Notes: generated from the letters alone by a model not told the origin. A stretch of DNA of 32,000 nucleotides from Candidatus Omnitrophota bacterium (GCA_023818895.1 JAMWCX010000001.1:90001-122000), one strand, 5' to 3'; counted from the stretch's first letter, positions 6,598 to 14,218 are shown. Numbers and translations are program-made.

Positions 6598-7856
6598 TGA
6601 GGAAAAATAACTTCCTTAAAAAATCGCTTTTTACTTTGGTTGTAATAATTGTAATAGTTGCAACCGCTGTTTTCGTATACAGGTATCAGATAATCCAGTA
6701 CTCTACCGAGGCGGTAGTGCGCAAGCTTCTTCCTGACTATATAAGCGTGGATAAGATTTCTTTTAATTTCAAGGATAGAAAGCTATCGCTAGGCGGTCTG
6801 TGCATAAAAAATCCGCCGGGTTTTCATGGTAAGTATCTATTAGAGGTGGAGAACCTATCTTGCGGATACAATATGCGAGGCAGGCATATCCTTGATGGAA
6901 TAGAGATAACCGAGCCCATCTTCAGAGGGGCAGTTCTCGATATAGAACGGCTGGCGGACGGAAGCATTAATTTACAAAAGATGCAACAGGTTGTTGAAGG
7001 CCCAGCCAAGAATAGCGGTGCTGTCAAGGCTCAAGCCGCGGTGGCAGATGAAAAGAAGGGGAGGGGAGGGGGTGCCGGCGCGGCGCCACTTGAGGCGACG
7101 GGGAAGAAGATTCAGGATGTTGTTAAATTGCCGGAAAAATTCTTGGCCCGGAATTGCAAAGCGCTTTTTACAGACCATATGGTACGACCGGCTCCTTACA
7201 GGCTTACTTTTGAGAACATTGACGCAACCCTTACGCTTAATTTCAACAGTTACTATACAGGGCTTCTTCGTCTTTCATCAACAGGCAGCGGCGATCTTAA
7301 CGGCAGGAAGAATGAGAATATTAAATGGAACATAGTCTGGGATCCTACTACTGCGAGACTCACTATGTCTAACAGGTTCGATGTATCCGGTGTGGATATA
7401 AAGGCCTTTGAGCCATATTATGAAAGGTATTCTCCTTTTGTATTCAACCAAGGGAAATTCTCCGGTGTCCTAATATTCGATTTCGATAATGGCAACATAG
7501 GCTCATCCAACGAGATTCGTTTGTCGCGATTATCTTTTTCAATAAAGAAGGGGCAGGAAAACAGTCAGTTTTTGGAGGTCACGGTTCCGGATTTGGTTAG
7601 ATACTTTAGCTCTTCAACCGGTGAGGTCATATTTGATTTTAAGATCAAAGGGGACATGGCAGATCCTAAGTTTCACCTCGGCCCAATATCCAAACGGGCG
7701 ATGACGGCCATGGCCGTCGATAAAGTATCGGCGGTCATAGCCGAAGTCGCTAAGGCCCAGCAGCAAGGCTCTGCCGCGCCGGGGGGCGAAAGCGAATATG
7801 ACAAGGCCAAAGCCATTGTCGACGCATTCAAAGGCCTTGTGGACAAGAAGAAATAA
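6597..7856 (+). CDS. DUF748 / AsmA-like membrane-anchored protein
   Basis: N-terminal TM helix LFTLVVIIVIVATAVFVY. Contains LCIKNPPGF and the DUF748-like C-terminal pattern IFDFKIKGDMADPKFHLGPI. The start overlaps the PAC2 stop (TAATG at 6595-6599). Confidence 0.5.
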   Translation: MRKNNFLKKSLFTLVVIIVIVATAVFVYRYQIIQYSTEAVVRKLLPDYISVDKISFNFKDRKLSLGGLCIKNPPGFHGKYLLEVENLSCGYNMRGRHILDGIEITEPIFRGAVLDIERLADGSINLQKMQQVVEGPAKNSGAVKAQAAVADEKKGRGGGAGAAPLEATGKKIQDVVKLPEKFLARNCKALFTDHMVRPAPYRLTFENIDATLTLNFNSYYTGLLRLSSTGSGDLNGRKNENIKWNIVWDPTTARLTMSNRFDVSGVDIKAFEPYYERYSPFVFNQGKFSGVLIFDFDNGNIGSSNEIRLSRLSFSIKKGQENSQFLEVTVPDLVRYFSSSTGEVIFDFKIKGDMADPKFHLGPISKRAMTAMAVDKVSAVIAEVAKAQQQGSAAPGGESEYDKAKAIVDAFKGLVDKKK

Positions 7857-7858
7857 GC

Positions 7859-9085
7859 GTGGAAAGACTTACCAGGAATTTTGCGTGGCTTGCGGCTGCC
7901 AATATTATAGGCAGCCTTTTTACCGCCCTTCTTTTTATATACCTCGCAAGGACGCTCGGTGCCGAGGCGTTCGGCCATTTTTCATATGCCACCAGCCTTG
8001 TCTTATACATTTATAACTTCATGGACCTGGGGCTTTCGACCTACGGTATCCGTGAAGTAGCCAAAAATCACGAAGCTGTTTCCGACTACGTATCAAACAT
8101 AATCTCCTTTAAGATAGCCGTCGCATTCGTATTGTTCATAGTGCTTGGCATAATAAATGTTTTTTGCAGCCACTCCTTACTGATGAAGCTGCTGCTGGCC
8201 GAGTCTAGCCTTATGCTTTTTGTTTCAGCGCTCGCAACGGAGTGGGCTTTTCAGGGTCTCGAACGTATGTATATGGTCTTTATATCATTCTCGTTTACTC
8301 CGCTTATCCAGCTCTTGGCCAGCCTCGTACTTGTTAGAGGACCGCAGGATCTAATGAGAGCGCCTCTAATAATATTCTTCGGCACGCTTCCAGTAATATC
8401 CATATTTCTTAAGATTCTTAAGTTCCGGCTAAGATTCGGCATTATTCACATGAAGACCCTCAAAGGATATATGGCAAGCTCGTTAGTAATATGGGCCATC
8501 TCTATGTTCACGCAGGTCTATAACGGCTTGGACATTGTGATCATGGGGTTTTTTCGCAAGGCCGAGGAGGTCGGCTGTTTTACGGTGGCGCGTCGTATAG
8601 TAGGAGGATTTTCGCTTCTTCTGGTCTTTTTGGCGAACGCCCTTCTTCCGCGTCTATCCGCGACATTCTCAAGCGATCCGGTGGAATTCAGGCGGGCCAC
8701 TACCAGGTTTCTGAGATTCGCTGTGCTGGTTGTAACCTTCGTGTTCGTTCCAGTTATAATATTCGGCAGAGAAATAATTACCTTAACCGTAGGAAGTCAG
8801 TATTTGGCGGCAGGCACGTCTCTTAAATTGATGGTCATGGCGCTTACCCTCGTTGTATTCAATATTCCATATTCCACGGCTCTCATAGCCAGTTCTTTTG
8901 AGCGCGAGGTCCTTAAGCAGGCCTTTGCGAGCGCCTGCCTTAATATAATTTTAAATTTCCTAATTGTCCCGAAATATGGTATGATAGGCGCTTCCATATC
9001 GTTTTGCGCAGCAGAAGGGTTGGCGCTTATCTGGGTCTTATGGGCGTATAATAATAAGATAGGGTTTTACCAGAAAGGTTGTTAA
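7859..9085 (+). CDS. Oligosaccharide/polysaccharide flippase (Wzx-like, MOP superfamily, Polysacc_synt family)
   Basis: 408 aa, polytopic. The N-terminus NFAWLAAANIIGSLFTALLFIYLARTLGAEAFGHFSYA is typical of the family. GTG start 2 nt after the upstream stop. Confidence 0.7.
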   Translation: MERLTRNFAWLAAANIIGSLFTALLFIYLARTLGAEAFGHFSYATSLVLYIYNFMDLGLSTYGIREVAKNHEAVSDYVSNIISFKIAVAFVLFIVLGIINVFCSHSLLMKLLLAESSLMLFVSALATEWAFQGLERMYMVFISFSFTPLIQLLASLVLVRGPQDLMRAPLIIFFGTLPVISIFLKILKFRLRFGIIHMKTLKGYMASSLVIWAISMFTQVYNGLDIVIMGFFRKAEEVGCFTVARRIVGGFSLLLVFLANALLPRLSATFSSDPVEFRRATTRFLRFAVLVVTFVFVPVIIFGREIITLTVGSQYLAAGTSLKLMVMALTLVVFNIPYSTALIASSFEREVLKQAFASACLNIILNFLIVPKYGMIGASISFCAAEGLALIWVLWAYNNKIGFYQKGC

Positions 9086-9129
9086 AAGATTTTTGGTGCG
9101 CCAATAATTTTCACAAAAAGGAGGAGATA

Positions 9130-9297
9130 ATGGTAGAGAGGAGTGAGTATAAGGGCAAGCCTGTATTGATAATTAAAAGGAGCGAGGATGATAAGTATCC
9201 TTTCAGCTTTGGGTTGTCGAAAGCCAGGCTTATCCTTGAAAATATCGAGGAGATAAAGCGATTTGTGGAGGACAACTCCAAGGAAGAGGGTACGTAG
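9130..9297 (+). CDS. Small hypothetical protein (55 aa); faint PC4/YdbC-like pattern
   Basis: ATG at 9130 preceded by AAAGGAGGAG. Sequence MVERSEYKGKPVLIIKRSEDDKYPFSFGLSKARLILENIEEIKRFVE. The track start at 9079 lacks an SD. Confidence 0.5.
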   Translation: MVERSEYKGKPVLIIKRSEDDKYPFSFGLSKARLILENIEEIKRFVEDNSKEEGT

Positions 9298-9339
9298 CGG
9301 AAGCCTTCCAAAGCATAAAGACCCCGCCTTTTGCTTAAT

Positions 9340-9377
9340 AAAACAGGCCTTTAATTTTTAAGGCCTGTTTTATTATT
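9340..9377 (+). terminator. Rho-independent terminator at the end of the PAC2-flippase operon
   Basis: AAAACAGGCCT (9340-9350) pairs perfectly with AGGCCTGTTTT (9361-9371) around a 10-nt loop, followed by ATTATT. Confidence 0.65.
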
Positions 9378-9380
9378 ACC

Positions 9381-9409
9381 TTGTCAATTTGTTATTTGTC
9401 TAGTATACT
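9381..9409 (+). promoter_or_regulatory. Sigma70-type promoter upstream of the DUF134 gene
   Basis: TTGTCA (9381-9386), 17-nt spacer, TATACT (9404-9409). Confidence 0.55.
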
Positions 9410-9489
9410 TTTTGTATCTATGTTAATATTGAGTATATACTCATAAAATAACCTGTGGATAATTTTTATAAAATAGGTATTTAAAACTT

Positions 9490-9825
9490 ATGCCGAATGA
9501 GAGAAAAGACGAATTTACTGCCAAAAAAGGGCGCCCCGTTAAACCCAGAATAGTCCATAAAGAGCCTCAAACCACACAATTCAGTCCAAGGGGCAGAATC
9601 GGAAGGCCCGGCTATAAGGAGCTTAAGTTTGAGGAGCTTGAAGCTATAAGGTTGTCTGATTATATGGGGCTGAAGCAGAAAGAAGCGGCTAGCCGTATGG
9701 GGATTAGCCAGCAGACATTTTCGCGGGTATTAAGGAATGGTCGAAAACATCTTGCAGAAGCCCTTATAAACGGCGAAATTATAAAGGTCCAGGGTGGAGT
9801 CTTTAGAATTGAAAAATCGGCTTAA
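9490..9825 (+). CDS. DUF134 / UPF0251 family predicted DNA-binding protein
   Basis: KKGRPVKPRIV..P....FSPRG followed by EELEAIRLSDYMGLKQKEAASRMGISQQTFSRVLRNGRKHLAEALINGEIIKVQGG, which is the family's sigma-70-region-4-like HTH. Confidence 0.8.
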   Translation: MPNERKDEFTAKKGRPVKPRIVHKEPQTTQFSPRGRIGRPGYKELKFEELEAIRLSDYMGLKQKEAASRMGISQQTFSRVLRNGRKHLAEALINGEIIKVQGGVFRIEKSA

Positions 9826-9949
9826 ATTGGCGATATTTTTAATATTTTCGGCGACTCTAGCATTGACCATGGCAGGTTGCGCATCTATACCGATTCCGAG
9901 CCGGATTCCAATACCAAATGAGATACCAATCATTGGCGTATTGATCTAA
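9809..9949 (+). CDS. Candidate 46-aa lipoprotein/small membrane peptide, below the ORF-track length cutoff
   Basis: TTG start at 9809 with a GGTGGAG SD 9 nt upstream. Translation MKNRLKLAIFLIFSATLALTMAGC|ASIPIPSRIPIPNEIPIIGVLI has a positively charged n-region, a hydrophobic core and a lipobox-like TMAGC. It overlaps the DUF134 3' end by 17 nt. Confidence 0.35.
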   Translation: MKNRLKLAIFLIFSATLALTMAGCASIPIPSRIPIPNEIPIIGVLI

Positions 9950-10304
9950 TCTAGAAGTTCACCTAAAAAAGCGCCTAAAACAATCCATAAAAACCATAAA
10001 TAGCGGAGTATGATATATATGATTAAATGTCCTATAATATATCTTATGTTAACTATCTAATATGGAAATATAAATTGTAATATCTTGCACCCCAATATGT
10101 TACATGCATAATCTAATTTCCTGTTGATAAGTATATTTCTTTACGATTTTGGTTTTGTATTAGCTTTTACAAAACCATGGATGAGCGGTAATATTTTGGG
10201 TTGGATTATAAATCCTTATAGATATAATTACTGGCTGGTGTGTGGTGGTCGGGTATTACACAAGATTTTGCTGTGGCGGGCTTATAATGACGAATTTAGG
10301 GCAT

Positions 10305-10694
10305 TTAGCGGCGTTTCTTAGACTTTGTTTTGGCCGGTTTTTTTAACTTCTTTTGACACTCTATGGAGTCTATTGCGAACTCTTTTTGGTATATGATATT
10401 CAGGGACGGACTATGGCATTCCGGGCATATAAACGTCGGCCTTTCCACCATAAACCCTTTTTTGCAGGCCTCGCATTTGATCCCTAACTTAAGCGGACTA
10501 ACGTATAGTTTTACGGTCGAAAAAGGAGTGTTTTTTGCCATGGTCCTGAACGTTTCTTCAAGGGTTTTTGGAGTTACATGGCTTACAGGGCTCAATGCGA
10601 CGCGCACCGATTTTATCTTGATTGCTTTTCCGGACTTTTTCGATTTTTCTGTAAGCGCTGCCAGTATCTCCTGGCAGAACTTAAAATCATGCAT
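10305..10694 (-). CDS. hypA: HypA/HybF-like nickel metallochaperone with a lysine-rich C-terminal tail
   Basis: The N-terminal MHD corresponds to the MHE Ni-binding motif (His2). The zinc site CEAC...CPEC is present, and overall length and spacing are HypA-like. The tail reads KKLKKPAKTKSKKRR. Confidence 0.65.
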   Translation of the reverse strand: MHDFKFCQEILAALTEKSKKSGKAIKIKSVRVALSPVSHVTPKTLEETFRTMAKNTPFSTVKLYVSPLKLGIKCEACKKGFMVERPTFICPECHSPSLNIIYQKEFAIDSIECQKKLKKPAKTKSKKRR

Positions 10695-10704
10695 TGCAAT
10701 CTCC

Positions 10705-11097
10705 TTAAATACCTATTTTTTCGCGTAGTTCCTGGGGTAGTTTTATGGGCTTCAGGTCACGGTTAACGCATGCGCAGATGACCCTCGCGAACACCAGTAT
10801 ATCCTCTCCCCTTTTTATTTCCTGGAAGAAATGTATGGAGGCGTTTCCCATCATCTCAGGCCTGGTAAATACCCTTATTCCATCCCCATATCTGGCAGGC
10901 TTCTTATAGTCTATCTCAAGTCTTACCACCGGAAATATTATGCCGTTTTTGGCATATTCAGCGGTGTCCAAGCCCAGATTCCGGAAGTACTCTGACCTGC
11001 CCTCCTCAAGATGCTTTAGGTAAGATGCGTAGTATACAACTCCGCCTGCATCCGTGTCGTGGTAATATATTTTCTTTTCAATGTAAAAATCGCTCAT
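10705..11097 (-). CDS. Acyl-CoA thioesterase, YbgC/4HBT (hotdog fold) family
   Basis: IYYHDTDAGGVVYYASYLKHLEEGRSEYFRNLG...FPVVRLEIDYKKPARYGD is the classical YbgC signature. Confidence 0.8.
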   Translation of the reverse strand: MSDFYIEKKIYYHDTDAGGVVYYASYLKHLEEGRSEYFRNLGLDTAEYAKNGIIFPVVRLEIDYKKPARYGDGIRVFTRPEMMGNASIHFFQEIKRGEDILVFARVICACVNRDLKPIKLPQELREKIGI

Positions 11098-11720
11098 ATT
11101 CTCAGGATGGTTTTTATTATTGTGGTAATGACATTTTGTATAGTTATTATAACAGGATCTAGTAGTCCTGTAAACAATAACCCAAGAAGTATGAGCATGC
11201 CATATGGCTCCAGCCTCGCGAGCGCGATCTGCGCTCTTGGCGGCAGGATCCCCATAAGAACCCTTGAGCCGTCCAGGGGCGGTATTGGTATCAGGTTGAG
11301 GCTTCCGAGAAGTATGTTTATTCGTGCCAGGACCACCAGGATAACGGCAATGAGCGGATTAGAACGGATTTGCGTGAATTGCAGTAGGGATATAGACATC
11401 GTGGCGATGGCTATATTTACTATGCAGCCCGCTAATGATACAGAGACAAGCCCTATCCTGAAACTCCTTAAGTTAGAATAAGTTATTGGGACCGGCCTTG
11501 CCCATCCGAACCCCACAAGAAAAAGCGCGAGGGTTCCGATCGGGTCAAGATGCTTGAAAGGGTTGAGCGAAAGCCTTCCTGAACGTCTGGCGGTATCGTC
11601 GCCAAACATATATGCTACCCAGCCGTGGGCTATTTCATGGGCTATGACTGAGTATAAAATAGGTACTGATATTACTAAGAATAGAGCAGGATTTTTAAAA
11701 AGCAGCGAAGCGAGGCCCAT
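11094..11720 (-). CDS. Site-2 protease (peptidase M50) family membrane metalloprotease
   Basis: HEIAHG (HExxH) in the first TM region and NLIPIPPLDG as the second metal-binding motif. Polytopic. A 4-nt overlap links it to the thioesterase start. Confidence 0.8.
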   Translation of the reverse strand: MGLASLLFKNPALFLVISVPILYSVIAHEIAHGWVAYMFGDDTARRSGRLSLNPFKHLDPIGTLALFLVGFGWARPVPITYSNLRSFRIGLVSVSLAGCIVNIAIATMSISLLQFTQIRSNPLIAVILVVLARINILLGSLNLIPIPPLDGSRVLMGILPPRAQIALARLEPYGMLILLGLLFTGLLDPVIITIQNVITTIIKTILRI

Positions 11721-11728
11721 CCTCCCCT

Positions 11729-12424
11729 CTACTTTTTGAATGGGTATTTGTTAAGTACCTTGAGGACCGTCTCCGCCGATTTGGGCATCTTCGCGGCGTT
11801 CTGCAGCAGTATCTGTTTTGCGGAAAGGTCTTTTCCATAAAGTTCTTTATCGCCTTCCCAGTGCTGCGCTATTACCGCACCTTCGATCTTGGCCCCGGCG
11901 AATAAGCCGCGGCTCCTTGAATAGGAGAGGATCCCGCCCTTAAGTTGTATGTCGGTAGAGGCCTCAGCCGCTCTTCCGACAGGGCCTGCGGCCACTGACG
12001 CGTCCGCTCCTAGCTTGAACTTTCCCTCAAGTATGCCGTCCACGCTTCGTCTATTCATGATAAGGAGGACAAAGTCTGTGGCCTGGCCGCCGATCTGCCA
12101 ACCGATACTGCCCCCCGCTATTGTGAATATTGCCGGAGGCGACCATTTTCCGCTTTTTTCATCTCTTACCATTATTATTCCCTGTCCGTATTTTCCGCCT
12201 ATTCCGAAACCGGCTGAGATAGTATTTGGAAAGATCGCAATTCCGTGGCAGCTACGGAGTAGGTCTTCCGGTATGGCCTGATCAGGCATCTGCTGGACAT
12301 CCTGGAGCACTTTACCGGCCTCCTCTACCAGATTTTCCCATTTGTTCTCAGCGTAAAGATGGCTGGAAGGCAGAAAAGATAAGTATGCCATCGCTATGGC
12401 GATAATGATATTTTTGACCCTCAT
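11729..12424 (-). CDS. SYLF (Ysc84/DUF500) lipid-binding domain protein, secreted
   Basis: Signal peptide, then IAIFPNTISAGFGIGGKYGQGI...SIGWQIGGQATDFVLLIMN...KLGADASVAAGPVGR...ILSYSRSRGLFAG, which is typical of the SYLF domain. Confidence 0.75.
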   Translation of the reverse strand: MRVKNIIIAIAMAYLSFLPSSHLYAENKWENLVEEAGKVLQDVQQMPDQAIPEDLLRSCHGIAIFPNTISAGFGIGGKYGQGIIMVRDEKSGKWSPPAIFTIAGGSIGWQIGGQATDFVLLIMNRRSVDGILEGKFKLGADASVAAGPVGRAAEASTDIQLKGGILSYSRSRGLFAGAKIEGAVIAQHWEGDKELYGKDLSAKQILLQNAAKMPKSAETVLKVLNKYPFKK

Positions 12425-12447
12425 GCTTTAATGTTCTCCTTTATTTA

Positions 12448-13116
12448 TTATTTTGATTTGATTGCTAGGACCTTAACAAAATCGGCCGCGTCTTCTATCT
12501 TGTCCGTGACGCCCTCCATATATTCGGCCAGTTGGTATGTCAGCAATAGAGTGGCCGGCTCCATCTTGGCGCGGATGATGGCTTCGATAAGAGTCTTCTT
12601 CTGATCGTCGGCGTCATGCTCAAGCCGATCTACCTCGCTGCAATCCGCTATAGCCTTTTTAAGGTCGTTCTTGGCAACAGCTTCTATCGCTTCTTTAAGC
12701 TTCGATATAGAGTTTACGATTATGTCGGTAGCCAGCGATATATTAGTCAGGATGTTTTCAGGCAATTTTTCCTCTATGAACCCCAAAAGTCGGGCCGAAC
12801 CGTTTGTCCAATCAGCTATCTTGTCCAGCGTGTTGGCGAAGTGCATCAGGTCTTCTCTATCGGGCGGTAGCAGAATCCCTTTGGAAAGCTCCTCCACCAT
12901 CTTCGTCCTCAAGAGATCCGCCTTATGCTCGCTCTCCCTTACGTTTGATATAGCGGACATCTTGGCCTGCAGATCGCCTCTTATGAATGCCTTAATAGCA
13001 TCGGCGAAAAAGGATACGGTCTTACAGGCTTCCTCCACATGCTTTTGGGCGTCTTTAAGTATCGATTGTTCTTCAGCCATACCAAGCCAGCCGAGTATGT
13101 TTCTTATCTCCTTCAT
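12448..13116 (-). CDS. DUF47 / TIGR00153 PhoU-like phosphate-transport regulator
   Basis: 222-aa all-helical protein with duplicated E-x-x-AD motifs (SEHKADLL, LEHDADDQ). It sits adjacent to a PiT transporter, which is the usual pairing. Confidence 0.7.
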   Translation of the reverse strand: MKEIRNILGWLGMAEEQSILKDAQKHVEEACKTVSFFADAIKAFIRGDLQAKMSAISNVRESEHKADLLRTKMVEELSKGILLPPDREDLMHFANTLDKIADWTNGSARLLGFIEEKLPENILTNISLATDIIVNSISKLKEAIEAVAKNDLKKAIADCSEVDRLEHDADDQKKTLIEAIIRAKMEPATLLLTYQLAEYMEGVTDKIEDAADFVKVLAIKSK

Positions 13117-13138
13117 GATTAAAACCCCCTTTTTTATT

Positions 13139-14122
13139 TTACGGCGTTTTTATAAAAAAGATAATCCCTTTTAAAGTAACGAAACTTATTATTCCAGATA
13201 TAAATGGTGTGGCCATCCAGCATAACACCATATCTTTCATTATATTCAGATTTAGCACCTTGGAGCCTCGCACCAACCCTACGCCGACGATCGCGCCGAC
13301 GATGGAATGGCTTGTGGAAACAGGTATCCCGAATAAGGTGTATACGTGCACGTTTACCGCGCTTGCAAGTTGCGCAGAAAATGCCATGATCGGAAGAAGG
13401 TTGGTTATCTCCGAGCCCACCGTTTCTATTACTTTATACCCCCAGGTTATTATTCCTACTAGTATTGCCAGCCCGCCTAAGATGGTGCTTATACGAGGCG
13501 AAAGGATGCCCGCGCCGGCCATGACGCCAGTCGAGTTCGCGACATCATTAGCGCCCCATGAATAGGCGACGTAGCAGCCGCTCGCTATTATAAGGGCGGT
13601 AAGAACCTTTCGTATGTAGCGCGTCGGTATTATTAGCTGAAAGACATTCTGGAATATTATGCAAAAAATATAACCTAGAATGGCCGCGCCCAGGGGCGTG
13701 CATATCCAGCAGATGAATATGTCGCCGAGGATCTTCCATTTTACCGGCGCGTGTACAGCCACTCCCGCCCCTGCCACCGCTCCAACTATTGAATGGCTTG
13801 TTGATACAGGCATTTTCCATCTTGTGGCGATGACTAACCATGCGCAGGCCGCGAAACAGGCCACCACGGCGATATATGTCGCCAGCGCCTTGTCGAGACT
13901 GTTTATAGGAACTATACCCTTCCCTATCGTTTTTGTGACATGAGATCCTTGCAGAGTAGCGCCGAGAAAACCGAATATAGATATGAGAAGAATGGCCCGT
14001 TTTAATGTAAGTACCCGCGAACCCACTGCGGCACCGAGGGAATTGGCGGCATCATTGGCCCCTATAGACCAGCCGACACCCATGCCCATCAAGATAGTGA
14101 GCGAGACGAGGAATAAATTCAT
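13139..14122 (-). CDS. pit: Inorganic phosphate transporter, PiT (PHO4) family
   Basis: Both halves carry the GANDxAN signature (GANDAANSLGAAVGS and GANDVANSTGVMAG). Polytopic membrane protein. Confidence 0.85.
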   Translation of the reverse strand: MNLFLVSLTILMGMGVGWSIGANDAANSLGAAVGSRVLTLKRAILLISIFGFLGATLQGSHVTKTIGKGIVPINSLDKALATYIAVVACFAACAWLVIATRWKMPVSTSHSIVGAVAGAGVAVHAPVKWKILGDIFICWICTPLGAAILGYIFCIIFQNVFQLIIPTRYIRKVLTALIIASGCYVAYSWGANDVANSTGVMAGAGILSPRISTILGGLAILVGIITWGYKVIETVGSEITNLLPIMAFSAQLASAVNVHVYTLFGIPVSTSHSIVGAIVGVGLVRGSKVLNLNIMKDMVLCWMATPFISGIISFVTLKGIIFFIKTP

Positions 14123-14130
14123 TGGTTATA

Positions 14131-14159
14131 ATTATATGGGTGGGTACCTCCCGTGTCAA
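14131..14159 (-). promoter_or_regulatory. Consensus sigma70 promoter of the PiT operon; the transcript is predicted to be leaderless
   Basis: The minus strand reads TTGACA (14159-14154), a 17-nt spacer, TATAAT (14136-14131), then only 8 nt (tataacca) before the ATG at 14122. There is no SD. Confidence 0.65.
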
Positions 14160-14190
14160 GGACTATCGGGCCTGCTTTTTTAGCGCGATC

Positions 14191-14218
14191 TTGTTTTTTG
14201 TTTGTCCTGTGATATAAT
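14191..14218 (+). promoter_or_regulatory. Candidate sigma70 promoter for glgC
   Basis: TTGTTT (14191-14196), 16-nt spacer, TATAAT (14213-14218), leaving a ~85-nt leader before the GTG at 14307. Confidence 0.4.

Noticed and set aside
6991-7335. 114-aa + strand ORF in an alternative frame inside the DUF748-like gene (R-rich)
   Set aside because: It is an out-of-frame overlap within a longer ORF that has the TM anchor and DUF748-like C-terminal motif. The arginine-rich translation is typical of an off-frame GC-rich segment.
9730-9933. 67-aa minus-strand ORF with a GIGIRLGIGI repeat
   Set aside because: It is the mirror image of the (Ile-Pro)n codons of the + strand small ORF, and its 3' part is antisense to the DUF134 gene. 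It has no SD. The + strand peptide, with its signal sequence and SD, is the better explanation.
10124-10321. 65-aa + strand ORF (TTG start) in the AT-rich gap, W/Y-rich
   Set aside because: It has no SD for the TTG or for the internal ATG at 10181, lies in an AT-rich spacer, runs into the end of the hypA-like gene and resembles no family. I treat it as non-coding but flag the gap as a whole.
10363-10728. 121-aa + strand ORF opposite the HypA-like gene
   Set aside because: The minus-strand reading carries the MH(D/E) and double CxxC HypA hallmarks and fits the operon spacing. The + strand product has no recognisable features.
12671-13174. 167-aa + strand ORF
   Set aside because: It is antisense to the DUF47/PhoU-like gene, whose pairing with the adjacent PiT gene is canonical. 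It is serine/leucine-rich shadow translation with no SD.
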